From Balanoglossus misakiensis (Eukaryota; Animalia; Hemichordata): a DNA stretch of 64,000 nucleotides. The notes beneath the pieces are model-generated. The model did no database searches. It saw only the letters and a program-made list of their open reading frames with translations, and had not been told where the DNA came from. The translations under genes and the position numbers were made by a program. Within the stretch, counting starts at the first letter, position 1. Each line of letters begins with the position of its first letter. This document shows, one piece after another, positions 15,801 to 28,314 of the stretch. The stretch lies in assembly GCA_040954595.2 (NCBI GenBank), contig CM082591.2:2627258-2691257 (forward strand). The letters run 5' to 3'.

Positions 15801-17083
15801 CACTTCCTCAAATTATATAAAATAAATGCATGTATACATTGTAACAAAAACTTGCTCATTTTTCAATGTCAACTGGATACACATATGCAAAATATATGTA
15901 AATTAAATAACTGATATGCCCATATATGGTAACAGGCAATATAAGTCATATTTATGAAATACTGCATGTTCAGACTCAAGGTTTGCGGATGTGTACATGT
16001 TCATCTAAATAAATTAGTTGCCTCAGGCTCTGTTGAAAATATTTATCTACGTTTTTAGAGATATTTATCAAGAATTGAGCATAATTCTGATTTAGAGCAT
16101 TCTCCATGTAATTTGTCATGTTTGAAAGTGGTCATGAATTAAGTAGATAGCTGTCGGTTGAAATGAGAACTTTCCTGGCAAAATTGTAATGCCAAAAGGT
16201 TTGACATTAAGCGCATATTAAAAGGTTAAAATGAACGCATGATGCATTGAAAGCCTTAGTAACGAATCTTCATCATTACATGTTTACTAAAAAGCCTTTT
16301 CATAATATTGCAAATGTCACAATTATGCAAGTGGCATATTTATGTGCAGGCGTTTCTACTTGAAAACACTATTTATCCCCAATTGGACTAAAAGCCCCAA
16401 GTGGAAAAAGGGGTCACTAAGGTATACATTAGACATACATGTATCGTGCGCGTAATGGCCTTGTATTGAGTGTGTTGTTTTCATTGCCACAAATTGCCTT
16501 TTCAATACTTAATGGAATACCATATCTATGCAAATGGTGCAGTTGCTTCGATATCATATGTGAGGTCTTTAACTTAATGCCCCTTTGCACAAAGAAATCT
16601 GCATAAAATATTGCTTTGATCCAAGAGATGGACTATTCACTTAAAGGAAACGTGCACATGTTGGCGCGTGATTATACTACGAAATTTCTCATTTCAAACT
16701 CACTGATAAATAAGTCAAATGTCCCATTTGATCGTGGCTTTAACTGTTGATGGAAATCAGAAAGTGGATTATGTATGTAAAGGTTTAGTTTAGCTGATGT
16801 GGTTGGAAGTTGACGCCAACATTGGTCAAGAAAATCTTTCCAGGTCATTAGCATCCAAGAGATTGGACTGTATTACATGTAAGGATCCAGTGTCGGGAAT
16901 GTTAACAATTTCTTTGATGAGGCGGCCCCTAAATTGTATTTAAGAGAGCAAGCAAAGAAAGTCTGTTCCATGGTGGTTTTTAAAAAAAAAGGAAGTTGAT
17001 CATTTTTACTACAATTAGCTGAACATTCAGATAATTGTAATCAGCAATGTGATGGACTTTGAAATGCCAGAAATGTTTTGTGT

Positions 17084-17176
17084 TTAGCCCTTTCATCACC
17101 ATGGTTCAGACCAAACCCATTGTTTTCTATGGTAAGGTTGGACCGCTAAAAAGGGAACTAGGGGTGAAAGGGTTAA
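17084..17176 (+). mobile_element. ~85-bp piggyBac-like MITE copy
   Basis: CCCTTTCATCACCATGGTT...CATTGTTTTCTATGGTAAGGTTGGACC...GGGGTGAAAGGGTTAA. Confidence 0.8.
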
Positions 17177-20100
17177 TTCCGACACACACCTATCACCTGA
17201 CTCAGAGGATAAAAATATCCAATTTGTATTCAAATTCCGAACAAGCTATCACCGTAATAGCATAGAAAGAAATTTGCCGGGACTAGTTTATTCTGGCAGT
17301 TAACAAGATAGCCGGAAAAATCAATGAACCTTGGTGTGTGTTAGCAATCCACTTAGTGCTGGCTTCACTCCACAGTTTTATAACACCCCATCAGGTTTTT
17401 CACAATCACTCCTGTGAAAAATGAGAAGTAGATAATCTTTTGCACATGGTGCATGTAATCAAATTTATTTTTATCTAACGGCATATTGAAATGTGAACAT
17501 AACATTTATCAATTTGCATTCAAATATAGGAAGTCATAAACTATATTTGTATTCGAGAGAACCAAAATACAGTTCATGTATTGAGATTAATGTTGTATTT
17601 TCTGAAATATTATCTTTTTCTATTCCATGTATACTTTAACAAAAATACAATATTGGCAAAGTGTCAATATCAGAAATAAAACAAATTGACGCGGACAACG
17701 TTGTGTAATTTTGAAAATTGCTGGAAATTATTCCCCTTTCCCAATATAATAAATAGGTTTACTATTTAACCCATTATTCTAAATTTATTTCCACGATCTT
17801 TCTAACTAGTTCTAGTGAGAATAAAAAATGCATTTTGTCTTGCCATTTCATATTTTACTATTTTTGCTGTTTTAAACTAAATTGATGTTCCACTATACAT
17901 GTACTTAGATAATATTATTGTGGTAATACATGTACTTTATTAACCTCTGTGATAGTTACATAACTACATGTACTATAAAATGTCTGAAGAGGAAACAAAT
18001 CTAGATCCTTTCTGCTGTAAATAAGTGCCTAACATGTAATGTAATTATTGCATCTGATACACAGAGGAATCCACTTTTGAAGAGAGTGCGCCTTAATCAT
18101 GTGTATCGGCCGACAAATGAAATTTGCTTCAGTGGCTGTAATGTGCAATAATGTCTACCGCGCATGGTTGCTCTAACAAAGCCCGGTGCTGATAATCTAA
18201 GGTCAGATTTTACCCTGCTGGGCAATCCATTACCAACTCTTCTTCTCCAGTGATACTTAATACGAAAATTGCATTTACATACCCTATAAATAATAATATA
18301 GTTTTATAAGTGACGTTGTTGAATTTAAAAAGTGCTTTGACTTTTGATGTAAATTTATTTATTATTCATGCATCCTTCCCTATGTTTTTCGCTTGCTTGA
18401 ATGTAAGGTTTATGTGAAATAATATTTGTTTGACTTACATGTATTTTGGTCAATCAAGTTAATGTCACAGTCATACATGAATATTGACTGACATAAAAAG
18501 GCGACCATACCAGCAAATTTCTTCCGAACATCCATCACATTGGCAAACACAAATAATACGCAGAGTATTTTTTTGGTTCAGGGTTAGAATATTCTGATTT
18601 AAACCAAATGCTAATAACTCAAACTGTTGAAAGACAACAATTGATCTAATCAAGTAAAAGCAGTGAATTACACTATTGTTAGCAAAAGCACGTTCACAGC
18701 CAATTTATTGAAATTTAAATAAATAAGTCAGAACGAGAAACTGTGCTTTGTATGGGTTTGAATATACTATGCTTATTAATTGATTGAAGGCAGAGGGTTT
18801 CAGAGTAGAAAACTGTCAATTAAATTGCTACAAGTCCCTCTATTGGTTGTGCTTGTACCGACGCAAAATCATTTATGCAGGTTGACAAGGCAAATTGAAA
18901 AAGCTTTTGAGTTAAGGGCGCATCTCACATTGTTATTCTGCGTAGAAGATTAATTTGTATATCCAGTTTATGCAGGGGCCTAGGGGGTTTTATCAGCCAG
19001 CCTTTGCATAAAATGGATACCTTGTTTTTGCTACACATATGCACATATTGTATCCATTCGGCACTTTGTTTAATAAAAGTGGAAAAAACGATACAGTATT
19101 TTGTAACAATGTTTCCTGAGAATTTTTCCAGCACAAAGGATTTTACAGACCCAGATTTTTTATACAAAGATTGTTTGTTTCATAATAATTTTAGATTTTG
19201 CCACAGTGATGTGAAAATTACAGCTGGTCCCTAAGGTCATTACGTACATGTATGCATATAGTATACATTACACGTATCCTGCGCGGCCAATGGACTAATT
19301 GCTTCTTGTGAGTATATGTATAGGCCATGTGATAAAAAGCTGCAGTTCATCTAATCATATGATCTAGTTTGACGTACTCTTTTTATCGTCTGAATTGGAC
19401 AAAATGGTAAGTCCTTGAAGTATTCTTAACTCCAACAGAATTAGGTATGGATTCTAGAGTCTGTTATGCATGCGTGACTTCCTAACATCAACATGCCTTT
19501 ATATTTTTTCATCCTTGGAGGTATATATGTATATGTTACTGGCTAGATAGCTGTAATTGTACCTGCATGTTACATAAGATTCCATGTCAACTCTGAAATC
19601 CTGGGAACATACATTCTTTTCGAGATTCTTTTACAAGCTACGCAGTCACTATTTCCGTCATGGCTTCAAAAATGCTATTACTTTCTGTTGAATGTGCGAA
19701 CTGATATGTATTAGGAAAAAAACTATGATTTAATAATTGAAAAGAAAATCCCTGATGATAATTCAACCATCCATTCAAGCACATCCTGATGGCAGTAATC
19801 AGGATTAACTGTAAAATCACTCATATTGTCTGTTATTCATTGCTTAGAGCTCACTCATCTATGTGTATTTTAGCTGGAAAACACCTTGTTTTAATGAAAT
19901 ACAGAGAATTATTACCCCAAGTATATAAATATAATAATTGATAACCCACTCAAATATTTTTTTTTTAATCCTGATATTATTTTTTAAAATGCTGAAAACA
20001 ATTTTTGTGGTTAGTTTGGATGTAATTTTTCTAATGTCTTTTATCAAATTAATTGATAATATTTTATAATTGCGGCAAAAAATGGATTTTTGGAAAACAG

Positions 20101-23100
20101 AATGGTGAAATTGTAAAATGCAATGACAAAGGAGTCATGGCTTTAGGATATTTTTACTGCCGTGAGTTCGAATGTGTTTCATTGTATCTCTTTGATCCTA
20201 TCTGTGTAGTGATGGGAAAGAATCGATGCAGGTGTACGACAGGAGTATAAATGATAGCGAGTGTATAATCTCATTTTGTGTATTGGTTCTGTTAAGGCTG
20301 AACTCACTTTTGCATTGGCAATTTGTGTGTATAAGCTGCTGCAGGAATTACATTGCTATAGAAATAATACGCCAGCTGCCATGTGTACGTAGAGGTTCAT
20401 TAATTATGCATCATTTTATCTTAAATAGGAGATTTAAGACTCTTCAGGAGATTTAAGAACTGTGTTGCGCGTTTTGTTCTGATATTTTTCGAGTGCATGT
20501 TAACTGTATTTTTTTTCACAAAGCCATCTCTTTGTCAAGTTAATGATACAGTTTGCCACATGCAAGGACATCTAAAATACATCATATACAATTGTAAAAT
20601 CTCAAAAGCATGCAGACAATCAATATTAAATTTAATATATGTCTTTCCCATGTATATGGAAATAATGCTAACCTGCAATTAAATAATTGGTAACAGGCAA
20701 TTTTAATTAATGGGTTAGAAGCAATTACCGGTACATAATCAAAGGTGGTTCAATGTTTACAACCAAACCGTCCCTATCTTCATGCAACTTAACCTTCCCT
20801 ATTAGAAGAACCAAATGGTACAGTCCTATTTGAAGTGGGAATACTCCACTCATAAAGCAGGGAGGAAACATGTCTTTGTTCAAAAACATCATATCCAGAT
20901 ACAGAGGTATTAATATTTAATATGCCTACAGACATGGAGATTAATGGAGTTCTGCTGTACAATGGGCTAATGTGAAGGCACCAAGGTATTAAAACGTATA
21001 TGAATGTACTCCTCATCTGTTAAAGACATTCTGGAGTTCAGCCGTGGGGATTTTCTCTGCTTGTTGGCAGCAATACCAGGACATACATCTTTTGTGTAAC
21101 ACAGCTACAAACTAAGTACATATTTTCCTGGGAAAATATTTTTATGTATTTTTTAGCTCATTCTACTAATTTGTACTTTCTATAGTTGTTTTGTATAGCT
21201 TTATCATTTATATGTTCATTACACTACATTACAGTACATTACATTACATAGTTGTCTTTTCACAAATGTAGTTAAAAATCAAAGATCAAACAAGCATCCC
21301 AAATTAATTTTAAAATAAATCCTGATTATACGCAGTAATAGTAATAGTTTATGGGGATAGAGAAGAAAAACATTCACTCATTTGTTTTGTTCAAGTGTAT
21401 ATAATCCTTTTATTTGTGAAATGATACACAGCAGAAGGGTAAGTACCAAATTGATTATCGTTTTGAATGTGATACATGGTAATCGATACTTCTCAGGCTT
21501 CTAGCATATCTGAAATCCATACGAAGTGTGATTTATTCATTATTGTTGAACCAGATGATACGAACATGGATAATGGATTGAAATGCCAACAAGAACCAAA
21601 GCCTGTTTTACATGTAGCAACATGAACATGTACACGTACATGAAACTATATATATTGCAAAATTGCATAGTTGTGATCATTTTGTGTAAATTGAAACTCG
21701 TACCAGTAGTTAGGAAACAACAATAATTGTAATTTCATCCGTTTTATGTAGTATAAGCTGTTGGGCATCATGCAAGATTGAAGCACCATTAGCTGTTGCA
21801 TTTGGTTATTTTTAAATATTTATTTCTTTAGTATCAACAGCAGTTTCATTTCTGACTACTGCACCATATGATAGATTGAATGACAAGTATTATAGCTTTG
21901 CGACACATTCACCATACGTACAGTCAGCATTGCATTTGTTAAACAGTGAATTCAATTAAGATTTATTTACTTTTAATAGATTCACTGCTGACTATATTGA
22001 CAAACAGAATACTGGGTATTTTTGCATGGTATTTGAGAGTGCAACTAGAAAATGTCTTCAGTATGTATATTTACAGATCATAATAGCGCAAACGTAGCAA
22101 AAAAATACAAGTGGTCTTTTAGGTTTACAGTTAAAAATACATTAAGTCACCTTCCATGTTCAAAAATAAGTGTTGTTCCTATACTTTGAGTTTAACAATT
22201 GGTCTCTGTTGGCCGTAATTCCTGGCGGGGCATGAAGAAAACATTTCCAAGTCATGACTTGACCTCGAACGAACAGCTTTAAGTGAGCTATTAAGCACAC
22301 TTTACCATCAAGGCATTATTCTGCCAAAATGAGCATGCAAGCATGATTACTGGTGGAATAACCGTCGATTGACAGCGGCCGTGGCTCTTGAATTGACGTC
22401 ATCTCTCTTGTTAGTGTAATCTGCCAAAATATCTAAACCCTGAAGATCATGCAACATTATAAAGCGTTATCAAGAAATCGCCCCAAATTGGCACATTTCC
22501 AAGAAGTGCAACATCATTTTGGACAGAAACAGGTTTTAACACTTCTCTGTTTTCAATGGATTGTGAGCATTCCCTCTTAGGAGTGGCCTCTCCGCGTTAA
22601 ATGCGAATCAGTTTATTCACTAGCGTAATTGAACATCTTGAGAATCATTATGTTAGAGGGGTCAAAGCAAATGTACTCTAAAAGTACATGTAATGATTTG
22701 TCAGTAGATGATTTACAGACGTCACCTTTTGATATTTATTTGGATGAGGGTATAGTGTGTGCTTATTCATGTCTACTATAAAATGCTCAGTGGTTCTCGC
22801 CCACAGGAGTAATTCTCTCACATATAGAAGACACATGCAGTGTAAACCAACACAATGGTGTAAATTTACTTCATTGTACTTTTAATATCAAAATTCGCCT
22901 ACAAGCAGGCTCACAGCAATGATTATATACAGTTTATAATTCAGCATGATTTCTCGATTACAGTGACTTGAATACTTAAAGCTTCTCGTGCATTTATATG
23001 ACGCTGTAACTGGATATTTTTTGTGCGTAATTGTGTTAATAGTCTGCATAGATGGATAAGCTCTACACACACATTACTCCATGTACCTTAAAGGTAAGTT

Positions 23101-26100
23101 AAAACAGACATACAAGTACTGAAAAAGGTAAATTGCAAGTCTTGTTGTATGTTAGCAAGACAGGTTTCATTTTTTGCACCGAAATTTCATTGAATATGTT
23201 GTCCAGAAGACTATCTGTGATTAGTGTGTTTTATTTCAGAGGAAAACAGAATTTGTGAATGTCAAGGTTTATAACTAAATCAATCAGAAATATAACTTAA
23301 TGGGCTTGAGCTGTTTTCCTATAGGTCAAGGATTACTGTCGTGCAAGATGAAATTACATTGCACAGAGTCATAGTTCATGTAACATAGATTTGTACACGA
23401 TTTCTGACAACCACATCCTGTTATTCAGTTTTGGTCATGGACACCACAAATGATGGGAGAGTTGTATATGTACTTTTTGATTTCCAAAGAATGTTGGAAT
23501 TTTCCTCTATTGCGATACAAGTAGAGAGAAAAACAGCTCTAATGATAAGATGATCAAAGGCTATCCAAGGATGAAAATATCTGATGCAACGTCAATTCTC
23601 AGAGCGCATAATGATTGTAAACATCTTGTCACAACACATTTTCACTCGGGTCGCAGAATAGTAATTTAGGAGTTTAAGTGTGCGAGTACATGCTTAACAG
23701 ATTTCTTCTTCAAATCCGCTATTACAGTGGAGATCTGAAGTATATGATAGGCTCCCCGTGTTCCGCCAGTACTTCCCATTATTGCAAGCATATCAGGAGA
23801 ATTGCTCTGCTGAAAATGCAGATTGCATGTGACATTAGAAGAGCTCGTCGATAACATCAAAATAAAAGAGTTTACCCAGATACATGTACTGGTGTAGTCT
23901 TTGGGCAAATGTGCATCAACGAGGCGTCGTGTCGTGTGTGCGTAAAATCTCTAATCGAATTCTCCATTACACTCTGAAAGTAACCCTTTCCTGACATCAT
24001 TAAATGTTTACCCATTTCTGAGAATACACAGGAACGACTTGAAGGTTATTAGTGATGTACAGCACCATTGTGGATTTTTTTCCCTGCCACTTTTTTATCG
24101 CACGAAGCCTCACTTTGTTAGACTCCCTGCAGCATGCTGCTTACGTGACATGGGTAGCACATACGCCTAGACTAACACGACATGCATCGCGATATCGTTC
24201 ACCAGATGAATTCAATTGCGAAATGTAAATCTATCTTTCGCAATACAAAGAGTCATGTTTTATGCATTTCAATTTTCCATCTGTAGCTTTGCTGCAATGG
24301 TGAGTGTTTCCACATGCTATGTAATTCGACACTGCATTTTTACATGCAATGTTGTATTTTTAGCTTTTAAGTATAAACTCTTGGCTTTAGAGACTACTGT
24401 GTTTTGTCTGTTATAACAATGCCGATGGTTTGCTTTTGATCTGCTGGTCGTGGTAGGTGCTGAGTGCAGTTATATCAAGTGTCACTGAAATAAAAATGTA
24501 AAAACCATGCCCCGAAAGCATAAACAGTTTTACAACCTGATATTTATCTCGGTTGTTTGCATTCCCATTTCAATAAAATCTACTTATGAAAAATGTTTTA
24601 TAATTTAGTGCTGTCAGCCATCAGGGACCTTCAAGTCTGAAGTGGGGTTCGTAGTATTAGTCTATGTCAGACCTGTGTAGGAGTAGGTTGCTGACAGCTC
24701 AAAATGGATTTGGACGCACTAACATTGGATCATTCAAGTATGTATGGCCTAAAATTGCAGCATGTGTTGTGCAGATGAGTTTTGGGTGCAGAGAAAACAC
24801 TGTTAACAGGAACTGGTCATGATCAGGCATACTGACTTCAAGTTCAAATGTGTAACTTTCGACATATTGATGCTCCAGTGAGACTTACTTTAGCCAAGCC
24901 CGAGAAAAATTCTACTTGTGTGAACAACACTTATGTGGTGTTTCAATAAGCAGCTCTCACATGAGACAATTTGCACAGGTCCTGCCCAGACGAGGGTTTA
25001 GTTAGATGGTGCAAAATAATCAATGTGGACATGATATGTCTCGCAACAGAGTCAGGCTAGTTTTGACCAGGTATGATGGAGTTTTGTATTGTATTGTACA
25101 TGTATTGTATTGCATTTTGTATTGTATGACCATGTTCTCACATTTAAAACATTCTGCACTTTGAAGAAGGAAACATTGCTCTTTATGCATTTGTTGCACA
25201 GTCATAGTAATGGATATATACAAAATATACAGTAAACAATGAAGCTACAGTAAAAAATAGTCTTCTGCTAGTATTTGGTTTCTGTCTGTATTGAAAACAT
25301 ATTGAAAATGTTCTTTTATTTCATGATCCCATAAAACTAAAAAGATAACAAAGCACAGATGTTCTCCAAACCATCCGCTTGTGGCTTTTTAAGTTTACAG
25401 TACAAAACAAAATATTTGTTTCAGACTTTTGTTACAAATGAAATGATGGAAAGTATGTTTAGGTAAGAAAAAGATAAACACTACAATGCATGGAAGAAAG
25501 GGATTTGAATCAGAATAATACAAGCTTTATTGAGGAAATGGGATACATCTGTCAGTGTTTTCAAACAGAATGTCAAAGCATAGGGACGCATGATTAATCA
25601 CTTTATATTCAAAGTTACTTAGTCAAGTAATATATGACTAATGATACAACCATGTCTCCTTCTCCATTTCAATGTAATTTCCGACGTGATTCTGATGTCT
25701 TTCTTCCTGCTGAATGAATTTGAATTTTCCAGTTTTGTATTTGAATTTTGCTTTCTTTACTTCAGTGGTTACTATGGCAATAGTTATTCAGGTGACCCCC
25801 AACTGTTTAACGACCACCATGAATTTTTTTTTTCGTGCTACAAAATATAATCGATAGTGTGTCTTTCGCGATTTTTCAAACTGTTCTTGTATTTTGTTTC
25901 GTTTTGCTTGATCTTGCGTTACTTGGTGAGGAAATCACATTTCTGTCAGGTTGCCAGTAAATCTTTCCCCGCAGTGAACATGATCTGACATCATTATTTC
26001 TTGTGGTTCCAAAAGTCAAGTGGCTTGCCTTGGCAACATCGCATTATATCAGTGAAACCGAGACATCACATCAATTCTGTGAGTGGAAAGACGAGTGAAA

Positions 26101-28026
26101 TTCATGATAGTGCTTTAGGGTTAAATGCGTGCAAGTAAAAGGTTATTTCCAATTTTGCAGAAAAACTACTTCCATAATGGAGATTTACATTCACTATGTA
26201 CAAACTGGAATTACATCAGCATTGTTGAATATAAAGTGGAGACCCAGATTTGATTACTGCCGCGGTACAAATACATGATAATTTACTTGCCAGTTGTCGT
26301 GTGTTTTTAACCCTTTTATAACCATTAGATAGAGTTTGACCAGCGCCGCAGTTGCCGGCAGTTTTGTTTTCCCTATAGGAAATGGGGTGAAAAGGCCAAG
26401 GGACTACTTTTATGACCCTTACATGACCTTACATCCTGTGCTTGTATGACCCCTACATGACCCTACATCCTGTATATTCAACATTTTGAATATTAATCCA
26501 ACCAACTGGCAAATCAAACTTAAACAACAACCGAAACAGCAAAATGTTTGGAACTAGTTTAGTATATATTTTTGAGTTTTGCCAGTTGCTGTCAGTTTCA
26601 CTATTTTGTTAAGAAAGGCGAAGTCTTGAGCACTTCTGCCAAGTACTTTGTGTTCTAAAAGTAACTGGAGAGGTATTCAGTGTTGGCAAGCACTGTTCTT
26701 TGTAGACATGTTTCTGTGTATAATAAAAGGGGATAAATACTTCGAGATACCAGACAAGGGAATAGACATGATATGAAGACAAACATATCACGTCACGCGC
26801 ACTAATATGTAAACAGTAATACTCGCGCAGTATATATCGGATAAGGAGATATCAACTCCCACGTGAAATCTAACAGAGACAAGTAAACAGCGGTAAATGT
26901 CTGGCATAAATGAGCGAGTTTGGATCGATAGATGCAGACATCTAGATTGCAAGCACATCTCCGAGACAGACAGATTATTATCACACGTCAGTGAGATTCA
27001 CTGGATGGGAACAGTATGCGGGATTACGTGTTTGAATTACGACTTCAATTTAGTATTTAGTTGGTGTATTTCCAAACGTGTGTTGAAAACACCCATTGAC
27101 GCAATAAGGGTATATCAACACTTTTGCTTAGTGTACATGTATATACATTAGCTTGTTGTGAACAATTTCTGTATGGATTACTATTTGCCAGCGGTAATAA
27201 TTCTAGCTATACGCACACACACAAGAATATAAGCCAACGAAATACTCCAATTTTCAACATGCTGTAGGAAAAAATATGGACAAGAAATGAGTACTTTTAG
27301 CTTGTCAATGAGAAAAGTTTCTCATTGTTAACAGATGTAAAGATGTTATTAAACACAGTTTATTATTGATCATTGAAATCTGGTGGATGATGACAAAAAT
27401 AAATCACTCATCGTCACAGCCTTCATTTCGTTAATACATGTCTGGCTTGTTCAATATTGTATGTCTTCTGCTTCAGTGAGATCTACACATTAGTCTTGTA
27501 ATGTCCATTAGTCAGAAGACTATTGCAGAGTCTCTGTTTTCGCCCAGTAAAGCTTCTCTGTCATATCATATCAGTATCTCATCACCGACAGAGATAATCT
27601 ACATACACAGTTAACCTGTTAGGTGATATACTCAAGGCCTTGGAATAGATTGCCTGTGGTTTTGAATTTCTCTCAGTCGCCTCCCAGTCAAATATGAATT
27701 ATATCATTACATTTTAACATGTAAACGTCAGTGGATTGAAAATCGACGAAATTGATGTGGGAATTGATATTGTGGTGATTATATTCGTCCCAACGTGACG
27801 TCAATTGAGACAGTGAAGTTTTGTGGCTGCACAGCTTGTATTATAAACAAAGTTCACATTATTTGAGTGTGATTAAGACTGGATGATTGCCTGAAATAGA
27901 ATTAGATATTTATATACTTCAATCAGTCGTGGATTAAGACACGTTGATGTACACATGCTGGCTGTTTGCACAAGCGCCCTCTACCAAAAGAAGAGAGATT
28001 TTTTACGTTGGTCAATTTCTGTAATG

Positions 28027-28165
28027 TACAGTTTATAAACCTGTCTTTAGTGGCAGTCAAGGGACTTTACTAATCTGGCCTCTATACACAGGTGGCCATT
28101 ACAGACAGGTCCATAAATGCACATGTAATTTGCACAGGGAATGTAACAAGGTGGCCACTGGAAAC
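28027..28165 (+). mobile_element. Degenerate MITE of the same family as the 52081-52460 array
   Basis: TACAGT..AAACCTGTCTTTAGTGGCAGTCAAGGGACTTT..CTGGCCTCTATACACAGGTGGCC..ACAGACAGGT. Confidence 0.65.
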
Positions 28166-28294
28166 AATTAGTTTCCACTATGGCCAATACCAAAGTGTAC
28201 AACCAAATTTCCTATTCTGATTTGTTCTACTGACAAATCCTACTTATTATGTTTTCATGAACTTAGGACAAACAAGATCTTAAAATTTCCTTAG

Positions 28295-28314
28295 GTTCCA
28301 GAGAGGAAGCAATG
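28295..28314 (+). CDS. Polybromo-like gene: micro-exon ending in the probable start ATG (28312-28314)
   Basis: atttccttag|GTTCCAGAGAGGAAGCAATG|gtaaga. The phase-0 donor joins in frame to the exon starting at 29298. An alternative start is the ATG at 29325. Confidence 0.55.
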
